Made by a program: the position numbers and the translations under genes. Source: Patescibacteria group bacterium (GTDB lineage Bacteria > Patescibacteriota > Patescibacteriia > Patescibacteriales > UBA12465). From it: a stretch of 64,000 nt of DNA. The stretch spans positions 24,759 through 88,758 of the forward strand of contig JAQWDY010000002.1 in NCBI GenBank assembly GCA_028705215.1. Reading direction: 5' to 3'. Positions 1 to 8,778 of this stretch are shown here, one piece after another. Under the pieces are notes generated by a model, which was not told the origin of the DNA, searched no databases, and saw only the letters and a program-made list of their open reading frames with translations. Each line of letters opens with the position of its first letter. Position 1 is the first letter of the stretch.

Positions 1-26
1 ATCAAGGCAACTTTCATAGTTTATAA

Positions 27-1442
27 TTATTCCACTTCCCTATGCTTAAAAACAGCAAGTGGTGTTTTAAATAAAATTGACAAATCTAAAATTAAAGACC
101 AGTTTTCAATATAATAAATATCTAACTTCGCCTCTTCTTCAAATAATAAATCACTACGACCAGAAATTTGCGCCAAACCAGTAATTCCAGGTTTAATTGT
201 TAGTGTTTTACGATGATAATTTTCATACTTAGCCACTTCTTCAGGTAAGTGTGGCCTTGGGCCTACCAAGCTCATGCGACCGATAAAAACTAAAAACAAT
301 TCTGGCAACTCATCTATAGAAAAACGACGAATAAATTTACCAACTCTTGTAACGCGAGGATCATCTTTAATTTTTACCATCGGCCCATCTGAACGAACAT
401 TACGATCAGCTAACTCTTTATAACGCATGCTATCGGAATTTGGAATCATGGAACGAAATTTAAAGTATTTAAAAGGTTTCCCTCCTTCACCCACTCGATA
501 TAAATAAGACCCATCATCACGACGAGAAAAGAAGATTGGGCCTCGTGAATCCAGTTTAATCGCTAAGACAGCTAATAACATTACTGGCGATAGAATAATA
601 ATTAATACCCCTGAACCAATAACATCAAACACTCTTTTAAAAATTCGACCCCAACCATCTAAAGTGGTACGCTTTACCTCAACAATGGGTACACCCGCTA
701 TTTCCGATACTTCCGTGCGCAATACTTTTACCTCTAATAAATCAGCAACATAACGAAAAGTAATATGATTATCATTGGCAAAATCATATAAACGTAAAGT
801 TTCCGCTTTTGTTAAATTTGGATCACCTTGAATGATTTCATTAATTTGCCTATCTTTAATAAATTCCAATAATTCCTGCGCTGTTTCTAAAGAAAAGTCA
901 CGCACCCTCTTTATTACCTCATAACCTGATTGTTTATTACTAGAAAATTCTGCAATTAAATTTTCTGTAGTTTTTGAATTGCCAACTAAAATAACATTTC
1001 TAACACCTATGCCATAGGCAAAAAGACGTCTTTGTAGCCAGCGAATAAAAGCTCTTACTATTATCAAATAAAAGAAAGCAAAAATAAAACCAATTAAAAC
1101 TATAAAACGAGAATCAAATAAATCTCGAGAAAGAAAAATGATAATTGCAACCAAAGCTAAACCAGCAGCACAGGAAACAAAAATACGCTGTATCTCCTGA
1201 GCTAGCTTACGAGCACTTTTAATTTGATAAAGTCCAGAAATAGCAAAAATTAAAATACATAAAAATGAAATAAAAAGTAAAGAAAGAAAATATTCGTTAA
1301 AAGGTAGGTTAAAAATCACTGGACGACGAGCCACCATCCATGATGAAAAACGAAGATAATAAGCAGAAATGCCGGCTAAAACTAAAGCGGCAAAATCAAT
1401 AGGAATAAATAAAACCGAAAAAAACAATTCGGGCTTTTTCAT
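27..1442 (-). CDS. polyprenyl-phosphate glycosyl-1-phosphate transferase (WbaP / bacterial sugar transferase family), glycan-initiating enzyme
   Basis: 471-aa ORF. It has several N-terminal hydrophobic helices. The C-terminal sugar-transferase core shows FKRVFDVIGS, PMVKIKDDPRVTRVGKFIRRFSIDELPEL, SLVGPRP and KPGITGLAQISGR. Confidence 0.85.
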   Translation of the reverse strand: MKKPELFFSVLFIPIDFAALVLAGISAYYLRFSSWMVARRPVIFNLPFNEYFLSLLFISFLCILIFAISGLYQIKSARKLAQEIQRIFVSCAAGLALVAIIIFLSRDLFDSRFIVLIGFIFAFFYLIIVRAFIRWLQRRLFAYGIGVRNVILVGNSKTTENLIAEFSSNKQSGYEVIKRVRDFSLETAQELLEFIKDRQINEIIQGDPNLTKAETLRLYDFANDNHITFRYVADLLEVKVLRTEVSEIAGVPIVEVKRTTLDGWGRIFKRVFDVIGSGVLIIILSPVMLLAVLAIKLDSRGPIFFSRRDDGSYLYRVGEGGKPFKYFKFRSMIPNSDSMRYKELADRNVRSDGPMVKIKDDPRVTRVGKFIRRFSIDELPELFLVFIGRMSLVGPRPHLPEEVAKYENYHRKTLTIKPGITGLAQISGRSDLLFEEEAKLDIYYIENWSLILDLSILFKTPLAVFKHREVE

Positions 1443-1464
1443 ATATATTACATTAGCTAATTAT

Positions 1465-1845
1465 AAAATTATTAGAGCAGTTGTAAGCCGGATTCTGTTT
1501 TAGGCGACATTTATCTAGGTCTACTATTACTAGTAAACTCAAGCGAGCTACTTTGTCTTTTTCTAAAATAAATTAAAAAAAGTTTGCTCTTGCTTCAGAT
1601 AGGGTTTACCACGCCAACTTCGTCACCGAAGGGCGAGACCAGTAGCCTTTTATAGACATCTGGCCCCTTTTCACGTTTCGTTTCTTAAAAAGAAACTAGT
1701 ATAGTCTCTGTGGCACTTTCCCTAGAAACGCCCGACTATAACCGTAGCGTCCCGGTGGGCATTACCCACTATCTTAAATGAAGTCCGGACTTTCCTCCCC
1801 TTTTTATTACAAAAAGGAGTAATCGCCCACTTACCCTAATAACGT
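1465..1845 (-). ncRNA. rnpB: RNase P RNA, bacterial type A
   Basis: The minus strand reads GGGGAGGAAAGUCCGGAC (P4 5' strand, plus 1781-1800) and ACAGAAUCCGGCUUAC (P4 3' strand, plus 1483-1498). It also shows GGGAAAGUGCCACAGAGA and GGUAAUGCCCACCGGGA. P1 pairs UUAUUAGGG (1834-1842) with CUCUAAUAA (1469-1477). The region is a local GC-rich island with no ORF. Ends are approximate (+/-5 nt). Confidence 0.9.
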
Positions 1846-1850
1846 TATAA

Positions 1851-1879
1851 ATATTACAATAAAAGGCTAAAAAAAGCAA
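1851..1879 (-). promoter_or_regulatory. sigma70-type promoter for rnpB (TTGCTT-17-TAATAT)
   Basis: On the minus strand, TTGCTT (1879-1874), a 17-nt spacer and TAATAT (1856-1851). The predicted start near 1844 coincides with the 5' strand of P1. Confidence 0.5.
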
Positions 1880-1912
1880 TAAAAACTCGATTTTACATCA
1901 TTTATTGACTAA

Positions 1913-4900
1913 TTATTGAGCCAGTGTGCTTTGATAAAGATTAGCTATTTGTAAATCACTTAAAGTGCCCTCCCAAATTGAAATATCGTCCAGTTCCACT
2001 TTATTAAGTTCTGATCGAATATTTAAATTATTCGGCTCTTCTCCATCTTTAATCCATATAAATGGTAGACTTCTTTTTTGCTGACCATCAACATACATTT
2101 TTAATATGTAACGATAAGAGTCATAGGTGAAAGTAAAATAATGCCAATTATCATCATTGGGAAGATCAACATCGAGTCCTTCGCTAAAAATGCCATATAT
2201 TCCATTAAAATAGAATGAGCGACGATAAGGGGCCGGAGCAAAAGAAAATTTATCATGGTTATTATAACGTAGAGAAATTAAAGAGCGACCATCATCATCA
2301 CTATTGCGCCACCAAAAAGCTAAAGATAAATCCTTACCTTGTATACTTTCTGGAAAATTAACAACAATATCTTTTTCCCACCTATTTTTAATTCCCGTAT
2401 TATCTTCACCGCGCCATATCCACTCATTATCACCAATATCTAAAACCAGACCATTTATTTCATCAACCGCCTCTTTGCCTCCACCGCTATTTATTAATTC
2501 TGTCCCCTCATTAAAATCCCAATAATATTTCAACTCAGGCGCCTTTTGGGTTGGCCTTTCATTATAAGGAGCAAAGGGGGCTTGAGCTTGTATTTGATTA
2601 TTTATATCCGCATTAGTTAAGGGGACAGAAAAAATAGCAAATTCATCGATTGCCATAGAGTCCATATCCCCCCATATTTCTAAAGTAGAATAATTATTAG
2701 GTAAGTTTTGAATGAATTCTTCACGATAAGTTTCAACCCCGTTAAAATATACCGCCCAATAATTTTGCGCCTCGTTAATAACCAAAGCGAAATGTTGCCA
2801 AGAATAATCTTCTCCGGTAAAAACTGGGGTATTATAATAGCGCCATTTAGAATTGGGCAAATTTTCTATCTGCAATAATTTTTTCTGTAACTCTATTGAA
2901 ACAAATTGATTTTCTGGATTTTTAAAAACAATATTTAATTTTGGTGAAGCGTTACTAAGATAGGTATTATCTTTAAAATAAAAACTAAGCGTAAGGTTAT
3001 TTAAATCAAGTGGTGTTTCTAAATTTTTTTCATATTTACTATGTCTAAAACCAAATTCAGCAGCACAGTCAAATTTTCCAATTGTATATGAATTCTCACC
3101 ATAGCATTCATCATAATGATTTAATAAAATCAAATCTGAATTTATAATTGGCTCCGGAAAAAGAAAGGGAGAAAAATTTGAGTTTTCTTCAGTCTCTTCT
3201 TCGACTTCAGTATTTTCCTCAGTCTCTTCTTCGTTTGCCAAAGGCGGCTCTTCTTCAACCCCTTCCCCTGTTTCAATTTCACTTTCTGCTTCCTCCTCAG
3301 TTTCTGTGTCAATAATATAGTCATCCCAAACTATACTCGGATCAGCTGAGGGGAAAAGTTTAAAATCAATTTTATTATTATTTGAAGAAGAAATGCGGTC
3401 TAAATAATAATTATCAAATATTTCTGGCGCTGGCTCCTCTCCTAAATAAAAGTGAGCATTGCCAAACCCTAGCACATCAATGATATCTTCATCAGCGCTA
3501 CTACTGATTGCACCTTTTCCCAAATACAACGTATACCCGTTGCCGGTAAAACCAAATTCATTTCTTTTAACAATAGCGTCTGCTCGAGATAAAAAATAAT
3601 TACTAGCATCATCTCGTACTAATAAATAATAGCCACGGGCCTTAATTTTGGTTCCCCCGGGATAAATTGCATCTTCTTCTTTACCAATACGAACGGCTAT
3701 GCTTGGATTTTCTGCGGTCTTCGTCTTTTCAATACGAAAACCAGCCTCAGCTAAATCAAAGTCGTAATTAGTGGGATTATATAATTCAATAAAATCATTC
3801 ATGCCAGTTGCGTAAACTTTGCTAATTAAAGCAGTGGGCGTAAAACTCGGCACAGAATCATTAGAAACATTTTCAATATTAACCGATTCAGGCTCTTGAC
3901 CACTACCTATCTTAGAGTTTTGTATAACAACACTTGAAACATTATCTTTTATTTCATTATTTGTTTCAATTTCTTGTTTTTTTACTGTTATTTTTTGCAA
4001 TAAATCTACTTTTGTCTGAACTTGTTTTTCTGGCTCCTTATCTTCTAAATTGTCACTATTTTTTATAGCTTTTACTAATGTATCGTCATTTTTGTTTTTT
4101 TGCTCTTTCTCTTTTTTTTCATCTATTTCTTCACTAATGATCGATTTGGCACTTATCTTAGAATTTTTGTCATCCACAATTTCATTAGACTTTAACTCTA
4201 AAACAACATCATTATTTTTCTCATCTTCAATATCTGAATAATAATCATTTTCATCTATTTTTTGTTCATTAAAAACTAAATCGGTAGAATTTTTTTTAAA
4301 AATTTTATTCACTACTTTTTTAGCATTTGTACTAATTATGGAAATAGTATTTTTTATAGATGACATTGGATTGTTAACCAAGCTCCATCTAAGCATTAAA
4401 CTGATAATCGGAGTCTTTCCTCTTATTTTCTTATCTTCAAACGAGGAGCTTATTTCCACATTAACAGGCACATCCTTTAAAGTGGGTTGCAAATATTGAG
4501 TATAGGGAATAAAAAAATAGCGCTCTCCTTTATATTCTCGCCCTGCATTAAAACCAACTTTTTCGGGAAAAGGTAATACTAAATCTTTTCGTCGTGAAAT
4601 CATTGAAAACTCCCTTGTTTTAGAAAAACAATCACCATCAGCATTTACAAAACTACTATTATCAAAACCATCTGGAGTAATATCTATTGCGTAACGAGAC
4701 TGATCATATTCAAGGTCACTTAAATTATTAGGATTTAAAATATTAGCGCTTTCATATATTTTTTCAATCAAACCGACACAAGTCCAATCACCATCACCAG
4801 CTCCTTTTTGTTTTTGGAAATTAAAATCATAGGCAAGATTTAAATTGGCTAAATTTTTTGCAATTTTAACCACTTTGATTTGTTGAGCTGTTGTTAGCGC

Positions 4901-5227
4901 ATAAGGAATTTTAGCGCCTAAAAATTTTTCTCCTAAAGATTCGTTAACAAAATATTTTGCTGGGGTTTTAACTATACCTGTAGCTAAAGCTTCAACTACA
5001 TAATCTTCTCCGTTTTCCTTGCCAATATATATTCCAACATGCCCAGGATATATATGACTTAAAATGCCATAATTTATATCTAATAAATAATTACTTGAAT
5101 AACCATACATAATGCCGTTACTTGAAGTTCGGTATAATATCGCCCCTGGTGTCAACGCCCAAGCATCAGCTCCTCTTAAAATAAAGATCAAGAAGGATAA
5201 AAATAAATATAATTGCTTAAACTTCAT
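1913..5227 (-). CDS. large secreted multidomain protein: signal peptide, permuted papain-fold (YiiX/C92-like) amidase domain, K/E-rich linker, lamin-tail domain, acidic linker, two LamG/concanavalin-like domains
   Basis: 1104-aa ORF. Signal peptide is MKFKQLYLFLSFLIFILRGADA. His precedes Cys (PGHVGIYIG ... DWTCVGLIEKIY), which is the permuted order. The LTD signature is NDFIELYNPTNYDFDL. The two LamG_3-like ends are WQHFALV...IDEFAIFSVPLTNADI and WHYFTFT...LDDISIWEGTLSDLQIANLY. Confidence 0.7.
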   Translation of the reverse strand: MKFKQLYLFLSFLIFILRGADAWALTPGAILYRTSSNGIMYGYSSNYLLDINYGILSHIYPGHVGIYIGKENGEDYVVEALATGIVKTPAKYFVNESLGEKFLGAKIPYALTTAQQIKVVKIAKNLANLNLAYDFNFQKQKGAGDGDWTCVGLIEKIYESANILNPNNLSDLEYDQSRYAIDITPDGFDNSSFVNADGDCFSKTREFSMISRRKDLVLPFPEKVGFNAGREYKGERYFFIPYTQYLQPTLKDVPVNVEISSSFEDKKIRGKTPIISLMLRWSLVNNPMSSIKNTISIISTNAKKVVNKIFKKNSTDLVFNEQKIDENDYYSDIEDEKNNDVVLELKSNEIVDDKNSKISAKSIISEEIDEKKEKEQKNKNDDTLVKAIKNSDNLEDKEPEKQVQTKVDLLQKITVKKQEIETNNEIKDNVSSVVIQNSKIGSGQEPESVNIENVSNDSVPSFTPTALISKVYATGMNDFIELYNPTNYDFDLAEAGFRIEKTKTAENPSIAVRIGKEEDAIYPGGTKIKARGYYLLVRDDASNYFLSRADAIVKRNEFGFTGNGYTLYLGKGAISSSADEDIIDVLGFGNAHFYLGEEPAPEIFDNYYLDRISSSNNNKIDFKLFPSADPSIVWDDYIIDTETEEEAESEIETGEGVEEEPPLANEEETEENTEVEEETEENSNFSPFLFPEPIINSDLILLNHYDECYGENSYTIGKFDCAAEFGFRHSKYEKNLETPLDLNNLTLSFYFKDNTYLSNASPKLNIVFKNPENQFVSIELQKKLLQIENLPNSKWRYYNTPVFTGEDYSWQHFALVINEAQNYWAVYFNGVETYREEFIQNLPNNYSTLEIWGDMDSMAIDEFAIFSVPLTNADINNQIQAQAPFAPYNERPTQKAPELKYYWDFNEGTELINSGGGKEAVDEINGLVLDIGDNEWIWRGEDNTGIKNRWEKDIVVNFPESIQGKDLSLAFWWRNSDDDGRSLISLRYNNHDKFSFAPAPYRRSFYFNGIYGIFSEGLDVDLPNDDNWHYFTFTYDSYRYILKMYVDGQQKRSLPFIWIKDGEEPNNLNIRSELNKVELDDISIWEGTLSDLQIANLYQSTLAQ

Positions 5228-5230
5228 ATA

Positions 5231-6076
5231 TTAATAATTAAAATAATTAGAGACTTCTTCTGGGCTAAGCGAAGGCAAAGGATAATTATAATTTCCCAGT
5301 GCCTGCAAACCTTCAATGGCAAAGTAAAGTAAAACTTTATCTTTCTCTTGGTTTATTACCGACATCAACACTTCTTCCAGCTCCTCTGTTCGTTCACAAT
5401 CTCTCAGTAAAAACAAGGCGTCGAGCTTTACATCGATTTCTACATCTTGACGATTAATAAAATCCTTTATTAAATATATTTTTTCAGGGCTACATATATC
5501 TATTGCATCTTTTTCATTTGTTAAAGAATATATTGCCGCTGAAAGTAATTTTTGATTATTGCTTTCAAGTAAGTCCAAGGAATATGCACTTAAATCATAG
5601 GATTTTAAATTACTAAAATAATATACTATATTTGCTTTAGTGGCATCAGTTATCTCAGAGCTAGCCAGATTTTCAATTAAGAGTGGACAAATTTCTTCCC
5701 GACTACTTGTCTCATAAATTAATGCTAAAAGTAATTTTTGCTGTTTTTCATTATTCGTTAACACGGCTTCATGCCAATAATTTTTAAAATCAATAAACAA
5801 TTTATCTTCTTTTGGCCAAGCTAAAATAATAATATTTTCTTTTTCTGTACGATCTAATATACAAGCTTCATGGCAAATTCCTATACTTTTATAACTATCA
5901 TTTAAGTTAGCAAACAGCACACGATTTGAACTAATACTTGTTAATGTATAAAAAAAATAAAAGAAAATTATTAAAACTATAGAAAGGATAATTAAATAAG
6001 CTCTCTTTATTTTTTTGTTTTTTTTACTTTTTATAAAGCTTTCTATTTTTTGTTTATATTTTTTCAAATTTATCAT
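5231..6076 (-). CDS. hypothetical membrane-anchored protein with helical (HEAT/ARM-like) repeats
   Basis: The longest ORF starts at a TTG (6121). The first ATG (6076) gives MINLKKYKQ, followed by a TM helix (AYLIILSIVLIIFFYFFYTL) and a helix-rich extracytoplasmic part. I recognise no family. Confidence 0.5.
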   Translation of the reverse strand: MINLKKYKQKIESFIKSKKNKKIKRAYLIILSIVLIIFFYFFYTLTSISSNRVLFANLNDSYKSIGICHEACILDRTEKENIIILAWPKEDKLFIDFKNYWHEAVLTNNEKQQKLLLALIYETSSREEICPLLIENLASSEITDATKANIVYYFSNLKSYDLSAYSLDLLESNNQKLLSAAIYSLTNEKDAIDICSPEKIYLIKDFINRQDVEIDVKLDALFLLRDCERTEELEEVLMSVINQEKDKVLLYFAIEGLQALGNYNYPLPSLSPEEVSNYFNY

Positions 6077-6182
6077 ATTGTTATCTATTAATTTATCCTG
6101 ACATCTTATAAATGATAACAAATATGAGCTATCCCTCCTTTAAATATAAACTAAGCCATCTTTAAAGTTTAAATAAGTAATA

Positions 6183-6210
6183 ATAAAAAAAACCACCTTT
6201 TTTACAGGTG
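6183..6210 (-). terminator. intrinsic terminator after the PSP1/RicT gene
   Basis: Minus strand CACCU-GUAAAAA-AGGUG followed by GUUUUUUUU. The stem is short (5 bp) and the U-tract is long. Confidence 0.45.
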
Positions 6211-6240
6211 ATTTTTTTCAAAATAATATAAATTTCTAAA

Positions 6241-7050
6241 TTATTTTTTTTGCTTAGCTTTACGAAATGGGTCAACTTCAATTATAATATTCCTCTCATC
6301 TGAATTATCATTTAAGAGTTTAACATTTACAGTTTGTTTTAATAGATTATGTGATAATATAATTCCGCGACGACCATCTACCTTAACTTTAGTGCCAACC
6401 GGTGGCAACTTGCCTGCCAATTCCTTGTATCCTTCATATTCAAAAGCCAGACAACACATTAAACGTCCACACATTCCAGAAATTCTATCTGAACCACGAT
6501 GCACAACTTGTTGAGTTTCCGCCATTTCTGAGGTAATTGAAGAAAATTCACACAAAAATTTCTGACAGCATAAATGGCGACCACAAGGTCCACAATCACC
6601 CATGGCCTTCGCCTCATCACGCGTTCCTATCTGAGTTAATCTAATATTGGCACTAAAATGAGCGGCCAATTCTTTTACTAATTCTCGAAAATCAACTCTT
6701 CCGTCAGCGATAAAGGCAAAATTTAAACGATTGCCTTCAAAAGAAAAATGAACATCAACCAGCTTCATTGGTAGCGACAAACGTTCAATAATTTCTTTGC
6801 AGTAGCTTAATGTTTCTTCTTTTTTAGCTTGATCTGCCATTTTGGCAATGTCATCAAAAGTCGCTTTACGTAACACTGGTTTCAGTTCTTTATCTGGCTT
6901 TTTTTCAGAGACACAACCAGTAACACGTCCTAACTCTCTGCCAATTTCTGTTTCAACAACAACATAATCACCAACTTTAATTTCTAAGTTGTGATTTACA
7001 AAATCATAAACCTTATCCCAAGGGGCAAACTGAACTTGGACAATATTCAT
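6241..7050 (-). CDS. ricT: PSP1-domain protein (YaaT/RicT-like)
   Basis: N-terminus MNIVQVQFAPWDKVYDF...GDYVVVETEIGRELGRV, and the Cys-rich motifs GPCGRHLCCQKFL and CGRLMCCLAFE typical of PSP1/YaaT. Confidence 0.85.
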   Translation of the reverse strand: MNIVQVQFAPWDKVYDFVNHNLEIKVGDYVVVETEIGRELGRVTGCVSEKKPDKELKPVLRKATFDDIAKMADQAKKEETLSYCKEIIERLSLPMKLVDVHFSFEGNRLNFAFIADGRVDFRELVKELAAHFSANIRLTQIGTRDEAKAMGDCGPCGRHLCCQKFLCEFSSITSEMAETQQVVHRGSDRISGMCGRLMCCLAFEYEGYKELAGKLPPVGTKVKVDGRRGIILSHNLLKQTVNVKLLNDNSDERNIIIEVDPFRKAKQKK

Positions 7051-7060
7051 ATTACCCTAT

Positions 7061-7855
7061 TTATAATGAGTATCTAATATAACCTAAAATGTTAGCGCCT
7101 GCTAATATTTCTTTAACCTTTTTCTTATCTTCTTTGATAAATTCTTGTTCAATTAAACAAACTTCTGAGTAATATTTACCCATCTTACCTTCAACAATCT
7201 TATCAACCATTGCCTCTGGCTTTCCCTCTTTTATTAATTGCTCTCTATAAATTGCCTTTTCCCTGTCCATTTCCTCTACTGGAACATCTTCAGGCTTTAA
7301 ATACTTAGGATTAGATGCTGCAATTTGCATTGCCACATCAGTTGCGATTTCAGTCATATTCGGCTTATCAAGAGCAACTAAAACTCCAATTTTTCCTCCT
7401 AAATGAGAATAGGCAGCCACAGTTTCGCCGCTTAATATAGCAAAGCGATTGATTGTCATTTTTTCACCAATAGTGCCACTTAAATTACTTAAAGCATCGC
7501 CGACTGTCATATCATTTAAAGGAAGTGCCAACAATTCGTCTAACATAGCTGGTCGCTTAGCTGCTATAACTGCTAAAACTTGACCAGCAAAATCTTGAAA
7601 TTGCGCATTACGGGCTACAAAATCAGTTTCACTATTTAATTCTAAAATATAGGCTTCATTTCCAGCTTCATTAACCATTAATTTTACTACCCCTTCACTG
7701 GTATCCCGATCTGTGCGCTTTGCTGCTTTTGCGATTCCTTTTTTACGTAATATTTCCACAGCCTTATCTAAATCATTTTCTGCCTCTTTTAATGCTTTTT
7801 GGCAGTCAACCATGCCAGCACCAGTCATGGCTCTAAGTTTTTTGATAAGTTCCAT
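7061..7855 (-). CDS. tsf: translation elongation factor Ts
   Basis: LRAMTGAGMVDCQKALKEA at the N-terminus and full-length EF-Ts similarity. The longest ORF starts at a TTG (7876). ATG 7855 gives the canonical MELIKKLR start. Confidence 0.95.
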   Translation of the reverse strand: MELIKKLRAMTGAGMVDCQKALKEAENDLDKAVEILRKKGIAKAAKRTDRDTSEGVVKLMVNEAGNEAYILELNSETDFVARNAQFQDFAGQVLAVIAAKRPAMLDELLALPLNDMTVGDALSNLSGTIGEKMTINRFAILSGETVAAYSHLGGKIGVLVALDKPNMTEIATDVAMQIAASNPKYLKPEDVPVEEMDREKAIYREQLIKEGKPEAMVDKIVEGKMGKYYSEVCLIEQEFIKEDKKKVKEILAGANILGYIRYSL

Positions 7856-7911
7856 ATTATTATATTTTAATAGCAAAGTAAGGCTACTTTAAATGCCTTG
7901 CTTATTTTTTA

Positions 7912-8598
7912 TTAATTTTTTTTAACAGAGATTAGATTTTTTTTAATGGATTCAAGAACCAAGGCAATAGTCTTGGTGGCATCATCATTTGCCGGAATTG
8001 GATAATTAACTAATTCCGGATTTACGTTTGTATCGCAAATTGCAATAATAGGTATATTTTTTTGAATCGCTTCCTTAACCGCTGTTTCTTCCTCTTTTAT
8101 ATCCCAAATAAAAAGAGCATCTGGCAATTTATTTAAACTAGCTAAACCGCCAACTCTTTCTCTTAACTTATTAATTTCTCGATCAAATTCTAATCTTTCT
8201 TTTTTTGTATATTTTTCCAATCGACCAGATTCTTTTTTCTCTACTAAATCAAGATATTTTTTAACTGATTTTTTTACTATCGGAAAATTAGTTAAATATC
8301 CGCCTAACCATTTACCCACTATATAGGGTTGATTAATTTCTTCTGCCATTTTCTTCATTGGACCAGATACTTGGTTTTTAGTACCAACAAATAAAATGTG
8401 TTTTCCCTCAGAAACAAGTTTGATCATAAACTCTAAGGCCTCAACTAACTTTCTCTGACTTTTTTTTAAATCAATAATATAAATATTATTTTTTGCGGTA
8501 AAAATGAATTGCTTCATTTTTGGGTGCCAACGGTTGGTACGATGACCAAAATGCATACCAGCCTTAAGCATTTCTTCCAAAGTTGGAATGTTTTTCAT
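7912..8598 (-). CDS. rpsB: 30S ribosomal protein S2
   Basis: LEEMLKAGMHFGHRTNRWHPKM and IICDTNVNP-type motifs. The longest ORF starts at a TTG (8634). ATG 8598 gives MKNIPTLEEML. Confidence 0.95.
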   Translation of the reverse strand: MKNIPTLEEMLKAGMHFGHRTNRWHPKMKQFIFTAKNNIYIIDLKKSQRKLVEALEFMIKLVSEGKHILFVGTKNQVSGPMKKMAEEINQPYIVGKWLGGYLTNFPIVKKSVKKYLDLVEKKESGRLEKYTKKERLEFDREINKLRERVGGLASLNKLPDALFIWDIKEEETAVKEAIQKNIPIIAICDTNVNPELVNYPIPANDDATKTIALVLESIKKNLISVKKN

Positions 8599-8647
8599 AT
8601 TTTTCTTTTTAACGTCTGCCTCCCTACCTCGCAAACAAGGAAGAAAA

Positions 8648-8663
8648 AAGGTGAAAACACCTT
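8648..8663 (-). promoter_or_regulatory. terminator-like hairpin in the rpsB leader
   Basis: Minus strand AAGGUG-UUUU-CACCUU followed by UUUUCUU, about 50 nt upstream of the rpsB ATG. Confidence 0.4.
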
Positions 8664-8679
8664 AGAGACATGATGATTA

Positions 8680-8707
8680 ATTAAAAATTTCTGCATCTTA
8701 AGCAGAA
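8680..8707 (-). terminator. intrinsic terminator downstream of the alkD-like gene (or the first hairpin of the rpsB leader)
   Basis: Minus strand UUCUGC-UUAAGAU-GCAGAA followed by AUUUUUAAUU. Confidence 0.5.
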
Positions 8708-8750
8708 TTTATTATTTTTTAACTCAAAATATTAATTTAGAGTCAAATAT

Positions 8751-8778
8751 ATTATACATTATTGCAATTTTTTGTCAA
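8751..8778 (-). promoter_or_regulatory. near-consensus sigma70 promoter (TTGACA-16-TATAAT) overlapping the alkD-like stop codon
   Basis: Minus strand TTGACA (8778-8773), a 16-nt spacer and TATAAT (8756-8751). It faces rpsB-tsf. Confidence 0.5.

Noticed and set aside
1-17. Possible start of another minus-strand gene at the left edge (ATG at 17-15, reading MKVAL...).
   Set aside because: Only five codons are visible, which is too little to call a gene.
3189-3233. A 15-nt exact repeat (TCAGTCTCTTCTTCG) at a 30-nt offset, considered as a tandem repeat/VNTR or recombination site.
   Set aside because: It is in frame and simply encodes the reiterated EETEEN acidic linker of the 1104-aa protein. 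There are only two copies.
8599-8634. N-terminally extended gene models in the ORF track, for example rpsB from 8634, tsf from 7876, alkD-like from 9559, sigma-r4 from 27180, hydrolase from 58282 and cyclase-domain from 59120.
   Set aside because: The extensions start at TTG or GTG, add non-conserved residues, and create overlaps. Downstream ATGs restore the canonical N-termini, so I used the shorter models.
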